A program made the position numbers and the translations under genes. A DNA stretch of 63,659 bases, counting the filler. It is 7 parts of 7 records of this genome, joined end to end, with 100 filler letters (N's around TTAATTAATTAA, not from the genome) between each part and the next. Parts side by side here need not be neighbours in the genome. Positions count along the whole stretch, not along the records: positions 1 to 6,894 come from SRR31147125_15345; positions 6,995 to 22,342 come from SRR31147125_15380; 5 more parts are not named here. One strand, written 5' to 3'. The notes under the pieces are model-generated. The model searched no databases. It was not told where the DNA came from and saw only the letters and a list, made by a program, of their open reading frames with translations. This document shows, in pieces, positions 1 through 11,435 of this stretch. Positions within the stretch are counted from its first letter, which is position 1, and each line of letters opens with the position of its first letter.

Positions 1-110
1 TATTTTCATGTTGTGATTTTTGGTTAAATAGGGAGGGAAACAAGGTTTCCCTCTTTCTCTTTTTATAATACTTATCCAAAAATCTTATTACCAAACACTA
101 AGACAAGAAT

Positions 111-1313
111 TTATTCGGAAGAATCCCAAGAGAACTGTTTTTCCAATACCTCATAATCAAGTTTGCGATGACTTAAAATGCGAATGTATTGCTGGCATTG
201 TTCAGCATGTATTTCGTTCTTACGTCCGAAAATATGGTACGATTTTACTACCCATTCAATTGCAGCTTCAATGTTGCCATTCATTTCGCAGGCTACTCCC
301 AGGTTAAACATGCATTTTGCTACAATGTTTTTGTTTTTATTATCCAGGTTAGTCTTCCATATTTTAGCAGCTTCTAACCATTTCCCTTCTTCAACCAACT
401 GCTCGGTTAACTTTAACTCAACATGCCCCGAGCCATAGTACATACGTTTTACCTGAATCCAGTGTGGCGAGAGATAATTTGCAAATTTTTCACCACTAAT
501 ATCGGCGGCATTTAATACAGCGTCTTTTCTGTTTGGTACAAGTTTTAGTCCCACTTTTAACCTTTCAGAATATTCCGACCAGGTAATTGTATCATTTCTG
601 GTGAGGTAGAACTTAAGTTTTTCTTCGTTTAAATCGTAAGCACTCCAAAACGAAATAATTTGCACAATCTCAATTGTTCTGGGTAAATAATAGGTTTGAG
701 TAATTCCGTTTAAACTTACAAAATGATCGAGTGATAGTAGTAGGTCTGCATTTACAGTGTCGGCAATTTGGCTTATTTCGTCTTTGCTGTAAAGGTTAAA
801 ATCAGAATCCAGGAATTTATTTTCTACTTTATTTTTTGTGGATGGTTCATAACGCTTCAGGTGCTCCGAAAAAGCAGATGTGCTTATTTTTCCTGAATTT
901 TCTTGTATGTCAATTGTTAATGTTGTATCCTTTAAAAAATCCAATTTTAAAGTGTCAGTAATTTTTATATCCGAAAAATCCTGAGCTTGAATTTCTGTTA
1001 TTGTATTAAAGAAATTATTTTTCTGTAACCCATCAATAAAAGTTTGGTAGTACACCAATGCTGCTATGCTATCCAGGTTTGTTTGGTCAATATGTTCAGT
1101 TGATTCAATATATTGTTTTGCAAAAAGCGGGTTATAAGCCACATTGCAGTTATTGTATCTTATGGCAATGTTTTTACAATTATAAGGTAGTTTTGCTTTG
1201 GCTGGTTCGAGAATTTCAATATCAATTATTTGTGTATTATACAGTGTGTTACAGCTTTGAGTCAAGATTAAAACAAAAAGCAGAAGATAAGGGAGAATCG
1301 TTTTCCGTTTCAT
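111..1313 (-). CDS. DUF6340-like TPR lipoprotein (paralogue 3)
   Basis: Lipobox LTQSC; C-terminal TPR-like segment (KW..A.KIW...FNLGVACE) shared with the two neighbouring ORFs. Confidence 0.75.
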   Translation of the reverse strand: MKRKTILPYLLLFVLILTQSCNTLYNTQIIDIEILEPAKAKLPYNCKNIAIRYNNCNVAYNPLFAKQYIESTEHIDQTNLDSIAALVYYQTFIDGLQKNNFFNTITEIQAQDFSDIKITDTLKLDFLKDTTLTIDIQENSGKISTSAFSEHLKRYEPSTKNKVENKFLDSDFNLYSKDEISQIADTVNADLLLSLDHFVSLNGITQTYYLPRTIEIVQIISFWSAYDLNEEKLKFYLTRNDTITWSEYSERLKVGLKLVPNRKDAVLNAADISGEKFANYLSPHWIQVKRMYYGSGHVELKLTEQLVEEGKWLEAAKIWKTNLDNKNKNIVAKCMFNLGVACEMNGNIEAAIEWVVKSYHIFGRKNEIHAEQCQQYIRILSHRKLDYEVLEKQFSWDSSE

Positions 1314-1397
1314 TCACATATAGTTTTAGGTTCAGAAAATTATAAGTTTTTACAAAAGCATCGTTAGAGCTATTCAGGATGCAAAAACAAGTTTCAT

Positions 1398-2420
1398 TTA
1401 AAATTGGTTCAGTTTTTCAATGTCTCTTTGGCGTTTTGCAAGTATCTTTTTGTATTGAAAAATTCGTTTTAAGTCTTCCTGACTACGGTAATCGGTAGCA
1501 TGTTTTTGTGCTGCGCCTAGCCACTTTTGAGCAGTAACAATATCGTCTTTCATTTCGTAGCCCAAAGCCAGGTTGTAACAGGCATTTATTGCAATTTTTC
1601 CGTTTTTCTCGCCGGTGTACCTCTTCCAAAGTAAAATAGCATTGTCCCATTCTCCTTTTTGAACACATTGGTCAGCAGCGTCAAAATCGGGCAGAGGAGG
1701 AACAGAATACATACGGTTAACCGTTTGCCATGTAGCAAAAAAGCGTTTTGAATAGTTTTCTCCGGCCATTTGCGAGGCTATTTTTAAAGCCGTAAGGCGT
1801 GGAGGCAGTTTGTTTTTTCGCATGTAATTTCCCTGTTCGTCGTAACTATTCCAAAAAATAGTGTCAATCATGGTTTTTCGCTCAATAAGCTTTTGATTAA
1901 CCGGATTATAAACACCCCAAATTGCAGCTGTAATTACCTCGTTCGATTTGGTTGGTAATTCTGCAGTCGATGAATATTCGGAATAGAAATACGACAATGT
2001 TTCGAGAGAAATTAAAATATCGGTTTGGCTTGCAGAGGTTAATTTTTTTACAAGGTTGAAATCTAAAGTCGGTAATTTTTCGCTGGAGTGTGGTTTAAAT
2101 AAGTCGGGAAAAATACGAATCTCGTTAAAGGTATTTTTCTTTTTCAGATTTTTTGCCAACTCTGTTACACAAAGGTTAACAAGAATTGAGTCGATATTAG
2201 CCGGGTCCTTTCTCGTTTTTATGAGCCGATGATCATCTTTATAATAATGTTGCAGGGTGTCGCCTTCGTATTTGAAATTTCGCGAAACAATTGCAACATT
2301 TTCAGCCTCGGGAGGAAGTGCAATTATTCCGGGTTGGTATATTTCAATTGGATATTCTTTATAAACGGTACACGAACTTAGTGTTATAAAAATGAGCAGC
2401 CAGAATGTTAATCGGTTCAT
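1398..2420 (-). CDS. DUF6340-like TPR lipoprotein (paralogue 2)
   Basis: Lipobox LSSC; DTIFW and YNLALGYE motifs match the neighbours. Confidence 0.75.
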   Translation of the reverse strand: MNRLTFWLLIFITLSSCTVYKEYPIEIYQPGIIALPPEAENVAIVSRNFKYEGDTLQHYYKDDHRLIKTRKDPANIDSILVNLCVTELAKNLKKKNTFNEIRIFPDLFKPHSSEKLPTLDFNLVKKLTSASQTDILISLETLSYFYSEYSSTAELPTKSNEVITAAIWGVYNPVNQKLIERKTMIDTIFWNSYDEQGNYMRKNKLPPRLTALKIASQMAGENYSKRFFATWQTVNRMYSVPPLPDFDAADQCVQKGEWDNAILLWKRYTGEKNGKIAINACYNLALGYEMKDDIVTAQKWLGAAQKHATDYRSQEDLKRIFQYKKILAKRQRDIEKLNQF

Positions 2421-2422
2421 AT

Positions 2423-3469
2423 TTATTGTTTTTCCAGTTCTTTTTTTCTCTTCTTCAAGTATTCCAGATATTCATAAGTCATCTGGTGGTACATATTATT
2501 GTACGAGTCTAATCCTTTTTTTATGGCCTTATTAATGTCGCCTTGCAGTTCGTATCCAACGGCAAGATTGTACTGTGCTTTACTTACTGCTGCTTTCGAC
2601 TTATTTTCCGTTTCAATGCTTTTCCAAATATTCATTGCATCTTCCCACTTGCCTCCATCAATAAGTATACCAGCTTGCTTCATTTGAGTACCGCCACTCA
2701 TAAAAATTGGCCTTCTTTCTTCGCGCCAGTTGGTACAAACCTTGTCTGTAAAATCTAAAGCCAGGGCAATTGAAGCCTCGCTAAGTGCTTTTTTTACAGG
2801 AGTAAATCTTTCAAACAAACCTCTAACCGAATAGGCTGCATCTTCCCACAATACTGTATCTTTCATAAATTGGCGAACCAATACCTGTTCTTTTGCCGGG
2901 TCGTAAATTTTAAATAATGCCTGGTATGCAACCTCCATTTCCGCAGTAAGAATATTTGTGAAATTATCTTTTGAAGGATCGAAATAAGTGTCTTTATCAT
3001 ATTTGGTTATAACCTTGGTATTAAACATATCAACCGATAAAACAGCATCGGTGTTGTAGGTTTCACAAAGATTTTTTGCTTCATCCCAACTCATTGATTC
3101 TGTGAAAAAAGCATTTTTTTTATGCGGAAGGAAACGGTTTTCAGGAATTACATAATCGTACCTGCCCGACTCATAAAGCAACTCTCCCAAAACTTTCAGC
3201 AGCGTATCGGCTGCCTGAACATCATTAATGGTTGTATCTAGGTTAAAAGAGTTTTTGTAAAATATATTTTGTAGCGAATCTGATTCCAAATCAGAATAAT
3301 TATCGTCAACAGTGCGATTTACCAAAAGCAGACTTTGAATGTTTTCCGGTAGCTCTTGTTTTCCGGGACGCGGTATTTCTACATTAATAATTTTTGTTGT
3401 TGTGCACGAGCTTGCAAGAATAATTATTGTAAACAGTAATAGTAAGTTATTTTTAAATCCGGTTTTCAT
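2423..3469 (-). CDS. DUF6340-like TPR lipoprotein (paralogue 1)
   Basis: Lipobox LASSC; DTVLW and YNLAVGYE motifs. Confidence 0.75.
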   Translation of the reverse strand: MKTGFKNNLLLLFTIIILASSCTTTKIINVEIPRPGKQELPENIQSLLLVNRTVDDNYSDLESDSLQNIFYKNSFNLDTTINDVQAADTLLKVLGELLYESGRYDYVIPENRFLPHKKNAFFTESMSWDEAKNLCETYNTDAVLSVDMFNTKVITKYDKDTYFDPSKDNFTNILTAEMEVAYQALFKIYDPAKEQVLVRQFMKDTVLWEDAAYSVRGLFERFTPVKKALSEASIALALDFTDKVCTNWREERRPIFMSGGTQMKQAGILIDGGKWEDAMNIWKSIETENKSKAAVSKAQYNLAVGYELQGDINKAIKKGLDSYNNMYHQMTYEYLEYLKKRKKELEKQ

Positions 3470-3491
3470 AATTATCGTATCAACAGTAATT

Positions 3492-5579
3492 TTAATAAAT
3501 GCCCCAGTATTTCCGCAAGAACCATTCCATACTTAACAGTAAAAGCACAACAAAAAATATCCAGCGAAGGTTTAGTATCTGGTTAATCATTTTATGGAAA
3601 TAATTTGTAGTTTTTAATTGCTGACTGGTTTTTAATTCAGAAATAAGTGATTTGGTATTATTGTGCGAATAAAATTTGCCGCCACTTTGCGCTGCCAGCT
3701 GGTAAAGCATATTGTAGTTGGCGCGGGTAACCACATTCTCAATATTAACCGGAACCACAGTAAAACTACCCGTTTCGGTAAAGGTTTTGTTTCCAATTTC
3801 TACGTTTGCAGTAAAACTGTAGTCGCCCATGGGTAAATGTCCGGCATTAAGATGATAGTTGTTGCCTTGAATATCGAAAGTAAAATTGAAATCATCGTTA
3901 TTCGTGTTTTTCATTTCAATATTTACTTCGGCTGTCGAAATTTTCTCAAATGCGTCGTTGTAAACTTCTGCCGATAAAATCACGTCGTCGGTTTCTGCAT
4001 AAACAGGATTAAATTCAACAATAAAATTATCTTCGTTTTCGCGCAAAGCAAGGTACTGCACCAGTTGATCTACAATTTCGTTAAATCGTATATGATTTTG
4101 GTTTTGATAATAATCGAACAAACGCCAGCGCCAAATTCCTTCGCCAAAAATAAACCCGGTCTTTCGCCCATTTACTTTTCCCGTGGCAATAAGAGGTTTC
4201 CCTGTTTCAATATTTTTTAGTTTCTGATAGAAAAGAGGAGTGAATTCGGCTTGCAGTTCATAATCGGCAAAAGGTACCTGTAGCGGCGGAAGTTTGGGCA
4301 ATATTTCTATTGCATCTTCCGAGAGATTAAAGGTTGCATACGCTGTGTTGGGCGATACTTGTGCTTCTTCAAAAGAACCGGCCAGCGGCATTATATTTGC
4401 ACCCTGCGCTAAAGTGTTTAATTGCGGTAAAAAGGTTTTACTCCCCACAATAAAAAGCATTGGCAGCCGGCTGTCTTTTTCTTTTTCAATAATTTCTGAA
4501 ACCGATTTCCCTGAACTTGGCAGTTGGTTTAAAATTATCAGGTTAAATTTCGACAGGTCGGTTGGAAAAGGCTCTTCTGTAAATACCGAAACATCGTATG
4601 TTTTTTGTTGCTCCAGGGTATTTTTAATAGCGCCAATGTCGGGATGCGAACCATCGGAAAGAATGAGTATTTTGCGTTTGCTGTCGAGCACGTTAATTAC
4701 AAAACCTGATTTGTTATTTCGGGTGTTTCTTTCGTTTTCAACACGCTCAATACGTGCTGAAAAGTGTTTTAGTCCCGGTTCTCCGGCATTCAGAATAAAT
4801 TCTTTCGAAATGAAATAATTATCATTGGGTGGAGTAATCATTATACTTTCCACTTCTGAATTGTTTTCTAAAACCGAAAGTTTAAGTGTTTTTCCTTCTA
4901 ATTTCGAAAACTGAACGTCAACTTCAACCGGAAATTTATTGCCCGAAAAAGCTGTGCGGTTAACCGAAATATTCTGAATTTTTGCATCGGAAACAATTGT
5001 GGTATCTCCAAAACCAACAGTATATACCGGAAAGTTGAATTCATTTAACTGGTTAAGCGGATTTTTTCCCTGGTTGTAAATTCCGTCGCCGGCAATTATT
5101 AGGGCTCCAATATTTTGGTTAAAGTGGTTATTATTTACCGTTGAAAGCAGGAGGCTGTAGTCCGATTGTTTTTCGTTAAAATTCAGCGGATTCTCCTGTT
5201 TTATTTCTTCTCCGAAGGTATATTCAACAAGTTCGAAATCAGTCCCCAGTTCCGATTTTAATTCATCATAAAATGTGTTTATAAGATTTACGGTACTTGC
5301 CGAATCTGATGTTGAAACCATTGATGCCGTGTTATCGCAACCAATAATTACAATCGGATTCTGAACAATTTTCTTTAAATGCCTTACAAAAGGCGAAAGC
5401 AGTAAAAAAGCAATCAGAAAAAAGGATAAAAAACGCAGGCCCATTAAAATGCGTAACTGAGTTTTTGTTAGGTCTTTTATTGCTTTGTTCCTGAAATAGA
5501 GTAAGATTACGATACCGGCTGTTGCTGCTATAATTGCAAGTAATATTACAAACCAGTATTTTGTGCCAAATGATATCAA
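3492..5579 (-). CDS. Membrane-anchored VWA-domain protein
   Basis: Two N-terminal TM helices, degenerate MIDAS (DNTAS...GDG), C-terminal LLSMEWFLRKYWG typical of this Bacteroidota family. Confidence 0.7.
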   Translation of the reverse strand: MISFGTKYWFVILLAIIAATAGIVILLYFRNKAIKDLTKTQLRILMGLRFLSFFLIAFLLLSPFVRHLKKIVQNPIVIIGCDNTASMVSTSDSASTVNLINTFYDELKSELGTDFELVEYTFGEEIKQENPLNFNEKQSDYSLLLSTVNNNHFNQNIGALIIAGDGIYNQGKNPLNQLNEFNFPVYTVGFGDTTIVSDAKIQNISVNRTAFSGNKFPVEVDVQFSKLEGKTLKLSVLENNSEVESIMITPPNDNYFISKEFILNAGEPGLKHFSARIERVENERNTRNNKSGFVINVLDSKRKILILSDGSHPDIGAIKNTLEQQKTYDVSVFTEEPFPTDLSKFNLIILNQLPSSGKSVSEIIEKEKDSRLPMLFIVGSKTFLPQLNTLAQGANIMPLAGSFEEAQVSPNTAYATFNLSEDAIEILPKLPPLQVPFADYELQAEFTPLFYQKLKNIETGKPLIATGKVNGRKTGFIFGEGIWRWRLFDYYQNQNHIRFNEIVDQLVQYLALRENEDNFIVEFNPVYAETDDVILSAEVYNDAFEKISTAEVNIEMKNTNNDDFNFTFDIQGNNYHLNAGHLPMGDYSFTANVEIGNKTFTETGSFTVVPVNIENVVTRANYNMLYQLAAQSGGKFYSHNNTKSLISELKTSQQLKTTNYFHKMINQILNLRWIFFVVLLLLSMEWFLRKYWGIY

Positions 5580-5748
5580 TTTTCTAATTTTTTTACGAAG
5601 TGGTAAATATACATAACTCCTTTTTTTAAATGATGAATTATAACTATTATTACATTCAAATTAAACCTTCCAGTTAAGGTTGATTCAAATGTCTGGAAAT
5701 AATTTTATTCAATATTTTATACTTAATCATCGAAAAAACAATAACATA

Positions 5749-6894
5749 ATGAAACTCTTTTTCTTTATTGTTTGTGTTGCCATTCTGGCTTCGTGTTCTT
5801 CAAAGTTTAATCCCGAAATTACTGTTAATGATATAAAAGAAGATATCAGTTATCTGGCTTCAGATTCGTTAAAAGGACGAAAACCCGGAGAACCCGGAGG
5901 ATTGCTGGCAGCAGAATACATAAAACAAAAATTTGAAAATGCAGGTTTGCAATTGCTTTTCGAAAATGGATTTCAGCCGTTTAATTTGGTTGCTTCGGCT
6001 GAATTGGGCGATGGAAACAGCTTGAAAGTGGGAGAGGATTCGTTTTCTCCTAAAACAGATTTTTTACCCTATGCTTTTTCTGCAAATACAAAAGTGAATG
6101 CCGACGTTGTTTTTGCCGGTTACGGAATTGAAATAAATCGCGACACACTAAAATGGAATGATTTTAATGGAATTGATGTTGCCGGAAAATGGATGCTTGT
6201 TCTTCAGGGCGATCCGGATATGGAAAATGCCAACAGTCCGTTTCTTGAGTTTTCGAGCGAGCGAACAAAAGCTTTAACCGCTTCGGATAAAAATGCAGCC
6301 GGAATAATTTTAGTTGCAGGCCCCGGTTTTAGTAAGACAGATGAACTTTCGAAATTGTTTTTCGATAAAAACAGTAGTCGTTATTCTATTCCGGTATTGC
6401 AGGTTACACGCAAAGTGGCAAATAAAATTCTTGCTCAGTCGGAAAAAACGATAGAAGAACTTGAAAAAGAAATAATAGATAGAAAAGAGAGTCCGAGTTT
6501 TGAAACAATTACCAGCGTTGAGGTAACGGTGAATGTATTATTAAAGGAAACTACCACCCAAAATGTTGTAGGTTTATTACCCGGAACCGATGATAGTTTG
6601 AAAAACGAATATATTGTAGTTGGTGCTCATTACGATCATTTGGGAATGGGAGGCCCGGGGTCCGGTTCGCGTGCAGTAGATACTGTTGCCGTTCACAACG
6701 GTGCCGACGATAATGCTTCAGGAACATCAGGAGTTATCCAGGTAGCCGAAAAGATGGCTTCAGAAAAAAGTAATAAACGAAGTGTAATATTTGTGGCCTT
6801 TGGTGCCGAAGAAATGGGGCTGGTTGGCTCGAAAGAATTTACTGCCAAACCACCGGTTGATACAGAAAAAATGGTAGCCATGTTTAATTTCGAT
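5749..6894 (+). CDS. M28 family aminopeptidase with PA domain, lipoprotein (3' truncated by contig end)
   Basis: GAHYDH, NGADDNASG, AEE.GL.GS and NFD metal-ligand motifs; lipobox LASC; start taken at MKLFF. Confidence 0.9.
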
Positions 6895-6994
6895 NNNNNN
6901 NNNNNNNNNNNNNNNNNNNNNNNNNNNNNNNNNNNNNNTTAATTAATTAANNNNNNNNNNNNNNNNNNNNNNNNNNNNNNNNNNNNNNNNNNNN
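6895..6994. other. Artificial contig spacer
   Basis: N44-TTAATTAATTAA-N44 (stops in all six frames). Confidence 0.98.
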
Positions 6995-7015
6995 GAATAC
7001 ACAGTAAACCCAAAT

Positions 7016-8046
7016 TTATAAACCTTCTTTTGCCAATCTTACCTGTTCAATAGCTTCGAGGTGATGGTCGCGAAATTGCTCCAGTGTTGGTTTCCATGGT
7101 GTTTGCAGAAAACCGAACAAACGGTCGGAGTTTATTTTCTGTTTACAATAATCTACGGTCATTTTGAAATTTTCCACATGGGACCAGTTACTACCTGTGG
7201 GGATCTGGTCAAATCCTTTTTTATCCAGTTCGACATATGTGGTTACGTGGGTTTTACCTTTTCCTTCTTCCTTGTCAAATTTAATCCCATAGTACCAATT
7301 GCTCTGCATAACATTTTTTGGCATTTTCTGCAAAAATCATCATGATGATGCCAGATATAGTCGGACCATATCCATGGTCGTGATCCGGCATTTGTCACCT
7401 TTTCGCATAAAAACAGGAAATCATGCCACCACAAATCAAACTGGCGTACTGTTGAAATGAGGTAATAGCGCTGATGTTGATGTGTTTCTTCATCCATGCC
7501 AAGATGGAAGAAGCGAGGCTTGTTAAAGATATCGATAGTTTCTTCGATAAGGTCCTGGCAGACTTTATAATACTTTGGAGTGGAGACACAGCGGGCATAT
7601 TCACCAAGCCAGGCATCGTGGCAGGTGGAAAAATTCAATTTTGGAATAGGTTCCAAACCCATTTCCCGAATCTTATCCAGCTCATCCTTGAGTTTATTTA
7701 CACTCCAGGCATTTTTAACAGCAATTTCCGGATGCGATTTGTATTGAACCCCATCACCCAGATCGATAACAACCATATTCATGCCTGCATCGACCATTTT
7801 TTGCAAAAGATCATTCCATAATTTTTCATCAAACCGCAAAAAAGGGCGATAATAGCGACTCTCCCGTTTGGGTTCAACACGGTCTTCCCACATATTATAA
7901 CTGAGGTGCAACAGATTGGCCCATATCATTTGTTTATCAATTTTATTTTTTGCGGTGGCTGTTTTTCCCATAGCCAGACCTGTTGAGGCAGCCAGCGAGG
8001 CTGTCATCGTGTTTTTCAGAAAATCTCTGCGATTGATGTTGTTCAT
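7016..8046 (-). CDS. Tat-exported glycoside-hydrolase-like TIM-barrel protein (GH20-like); frameshift at 7332-7336
   Basis: RRDFLK Tat motif after ATG 8046; FHLGMDEE resembles GH20 HxGGDE; ORFs 7243-8151 and 7016-7333 join if one T is added to a T5 run. Confidence 0.7.
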
Positions 8047-8184
8047 TTTACTATTTCCTTTCTGAATAAAAAGATTATGGTCACAATATATTGTATTAAA
8101 AGTCATTATACATAAAAGTCTAACAACGGGCTTCAGCCCCTTGCTGCTCATTGTTAGCTCCTGGTGTTATCGAATCTAACATAC

Positions 8185-10326
8185 CTATTCAATCATCCCA
8201 TGATACCGCGCCATATAATAAGGCAATAAATAGAACGTGCCTTCATGTTCGGAATAACCATTTCCTTCCGAATAGAGAAGCGCAAAGGCATCCCTGTCCT
8301 GTCGAACATGACCTCTTTCGTCTATAGGTAGAGCGCCGCCATCAAAATGCCAGCCAATAATAGGCCTCTGACCTGGTGTCGGGTCAAATATAACATCCAG
8401 CCTGTGAGTATTGTCCATCGAATACCCGATTAAATCAAGAGGCAGGCGATACAATGTCTCTAAAATGTCATCGTGGGGTATTTCTGCATTTTCAAGCTGA
8501 CGCGCTGTATATGTCGCAAAGGGACCTGCTTTAGGAAAAACAGTGCCAGTGTCATAAATACCGGATTCCGCAACCTGTTTAAAACGTTTTGTTAATGCTG
8601 CATATAAAATATTCCAGAAAGCATTTTTCTGCCGGCTGATGTGCAACCAGGCGTGTTCCAAACTTGTACGGTACATGAGCATTAATTCAGGATCTTTTTC
8701 ATAATTCATCAAACCATACATGCTCATCAGACACAGATTATTATCCCATGGCACAACGTTTTCCGGTGGAAAGTAGCTTTTTGCTTCCATGGCATTGATG
8801 TGGTACGAGTGCCTTTCCCGTAACATTTTAGCTGATTCAGCATATTTACAGTCGCCTGTGACATGTTCTGCAACGTTGAGAAAAGAAAGCATCATCATGG
8901 AATTCAGACCACGCTGATCCCATCCCCAGATAGAATTTAAAAATTCCGGAGAAAAATTACCCCAGCGAGTGGGTTTGCCATCATGGTCAACCAGTAAAAA
9001 ACCATTACGAATGAGGTGGTCTGTGACATCCCGTACGACATCCCGAACCATTTGTTTTTCTTCTTTGGTTTCTGCTACCAGATCGTAATAAATGCCATAA
9101 AAAAAGTAATGCCCGGCCAGCTCGTCGGAACTGGTATCGCATTTCCACAAGTATTTCCCATCCTTACTTTTCACAAACCTGGGTAAAATGAGTTTCCAGA
9201 AAGGATCGCCTTTTCTTTTACGTTCATTATATTCTTTGCCATATTGTTCATTAACCGGTTCGTGCCAGTCTATGGGGATGATAACCCGGGCGGGAAATCC
9301 ACTATCATGCGTGATATCCACAAGCCATTTACATGATTTAAAACAGCGATTAGCCAGCTCTTTGGCCTGCTTGTCGCCTGTTACGGCATAACGAAATGCC
9401 TGGGCTGCGCCGTACATGGCTGTGTACATGCCATCATTATCCGAAATCGCGTATTCCCGGGAATCGATATTAAATTGTTCTTTTAAATGGTTTTGGGCAA
9501 TGAAACCCATTCGATTATGGCGGGTTTCAACCTGTTCGGTAAAAAGAGACGCCTTTTTTTCAAGCGTCATCGGAATCGGAGAGATACGACTGACACCGCC
9601 ATTCGTGGCAATCCAGGCTGTTCCATCCTTTTGGACAGCAATATCATTGACATAATTGTCAGGCAACCACCTGCGACTGGAGCGATAATAAAATTGGGTG
9701 CCGTCGGTACGAATGGCACCATTCTCCGTGCCGAACCAGACGATTCCGTTTTGCCCGGCAACAGCACAGGTGAATTTGTTGTAAGGCAACCCCTCTTTAC
9801 CGGTAAAAAGATGCCATTCGCCATCCTCAAGATATCCGGCACCCTGGTCAGCGCCAAACCAGAGTCGTCCTTTGGAATCAAAAACAACCGCATTCACATT
9901 GCGCAGAGCCCAGCTGTAATTTTCGTCAGCGGGCAGGGCCTGTTGCCATTTTTTGTTATCCTGGTCATAAAGATATAGACCCTTTTTGCTGCCAATAGCA
10001 AAGGATCCGTTCCGTGAAGCGATATCCAGAATGTCCTGTATAGAGTCTGGTATGTCTATATGGATATTTTCATCCTTTACAACTAACTTTTTTTTAAAAA
10101 CAGTCCAATCCTGGCCATCAAACTGAACGGTTCCACTCTTTGTTACAGCTACAGGTTTATCATTTTCTTCAATATCAATATTGACAACCTTGTTATCTAA
10201 CAATCCCTCTTTGGTTGTATAAATGTCCGCAACATCCTGAGGAAATGTTGTGTTTATAAGACTTTCGGCAAAAGAAAATAATGGCATTAAAACAAAAAGT
10301 ATCACAAAAGAGATAAATGATTTCAT
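8185..10326 (-). CDS. Secreted protein: regulator-propeller repeats plus a probable alpha/alpha-barrel domain
   Basis: Signal peptide; GLPYNKF and WLPDNYVNDI propeller repeats; helical C-terminal half. Confidence 0.6.
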   Translation of the reverse strand: MKSFISFVILFVLMPLFSFAESLINTTFPQDVADIYTTKEGLLDNKVVNIDIEENDKPVAVTKSGTVQFDGQDWTVFKKKLVVKDENIHIDIPDSIQDILDIASRNGSFAIGSKKGLYLYDQDNKKWQQALPADENYSWALRNVNAVVFDSKGRLWFGADQGAGYLEDGEWHLFTGKEGLPYNKFTCAVAGQNGIVWFGTENGAIRTDGTQFYYRSSRRWLPDNYVNDIAVQKDGTAWIATNGGVSRISPIPMTLEKKASLFTEQVETRHNRMGFIAQNHLKEQFNIDSREYAISDNDGMYTAMYGAAQAFRYAVTGDKQAKELANRCFKSCKWLVDITHDSGFPARVIIPIDWHEPVNEQYGKEYNERKRKGDPFWKLILPRFVKSKDGKYLWKCDTSSDELAGHYFFYGIYYDLVAETKEEKQMVRDVVRDVTDHLIRNGFLLVDHDGKPTRWGNFSPEFLNSIWGWDQRGLNSMMMLSFLNVAEHVTGDCKYAESAKMLRERHSYHINAMEAKSYFPPENVVPWDNNLCLMSMYGLMNYEKDPELMLMYRTSLEHAWLHISRQKNAFWNILYAALTKRFKQVAESGIYDTGTVFPKAGPFATYTARQLENAEIPHDDILETLYRLPLDLIGYSMDNTHRLDVIFDPTPGQRPIIGWHFDGGALPIDERGHVRQDRDAFALLYSEGNGYSEHEGTFYLLPYYMARYHGMIE

Positions 10327-10392
10327 TAAAATACCTCCGCAAAAAACGTTTATCCTTGAGTAGATATTGTTTAACAGGCAAAATAAAAAAAT

Positions 10393-11220
10393 TTAAATAA
10401 TCTCACCACTGTATTTATCCTTACCGGATTGCTTTTCGCCCAGAGCCGTTTTGATTTCATGAATATCCCGTTGCAATGACTGACCAAAAAGAGAGATATC
10501 CGAGCTATGCATGATGATATTAACACCCGCTTTGGCCCATTTTATTTGCAAATCCGGTCCTTCGGAAAAATGTACGCCAACTCCTTTACCCTTACCTCTT
10601 ATTTTTGTAATAATCTTTTGTAATTCCTTTTCAAAATCCGGATTATAATACTCTTCCGGCAGGCCGAGACTACAGGATAGATCATGAGGTCCAATAATGA
10701 CAGCATCAAGCCCGGGAACAGCTAAAAGCTCGTCAAGGTTTTCCATGGCCGGAACACTCTCGATATTGGCGATTAAAATATTATTTTTGTTTCTACCTTT
10801 CAAGTATTGTGATAATTTTGGCTCCAGTGTATCGGGATTATCCAATGCCTTTTCCAGCCTTTTCCCTTTTAACGGTCGTAATTTGGTAGCACCGACCAGA
10901 CTTTTTACCTGCTCCACTGTCTCAATATAGGGGGCTATGACACCGGTAGCACCGCCATCGAGCACTTTGCAGGCTTCATATGGATCCGGGCTGGGTATTC
11001 TTACCAGTGGCGGTATTCCAAGCGCTTTGTACATTTGACACATTCCGGCGAGTATGGTTCGATCTATCGGGGTGTGTTCCGTATCCAGAAAAACAAAGTC
11101 AAGACCAGTCTGTTTCACCGCAAAAGGCCACATTGGCGATGAGGAAACGATAGCCGATCCATAAATTTGTTTACCGCTATTTAAAAGGTCCAGGAGATCT
11201 TTACCATTCATGTTGCACAT
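10393..11220 (-). CDS. HpcH/HpaI class II aldolase
   Basis: DFVFLDTEH, LVRIP, IES, IGPHDLS motifs. Confidence 0.9.
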   Translation of the reverse strand: MCNMNGKDLLDLLNSGKQIYGSAIVSSSPMWPFAVKQTGLDFVFLDTEHTPIDRTILAGMCQMYKALGIPPLVRIPSPDPYEACKVLDGGATGVIAPYIETVEQVKSLVGATKLRPLKGKRLEKALDNPDTLEPKLSQYLKGRNKNNILIANIESVPAMENLDELLAVPGLDAVIIGPHDLSCSLGLPEEYYNPDFEKELQKIITKIRGKGKGVGVHFSEGPDLQIKWAKAGVNIIMHSSDISLFGQSLQRDIHEIKTALGEKQSGKDKYSGEII

Positions 11221-11435
11221 CCTTTTGTTTATATATGTTCAAATCAATTATCGTTAACGTTTATGGGTTTAGTACGAATAAAATCCACGTCTGTGGATTT
11301 TATTCGTAAGTTAACTATAGGGAACAAAATATGCATATTTTTGAATAAAAATAAAAGCATTAAGAGAAAAAAACAATACACTATTTCACAAAATGCACAT
11401 AATTTACTATCACCCCCACAAAAAATCGGGAGGCG

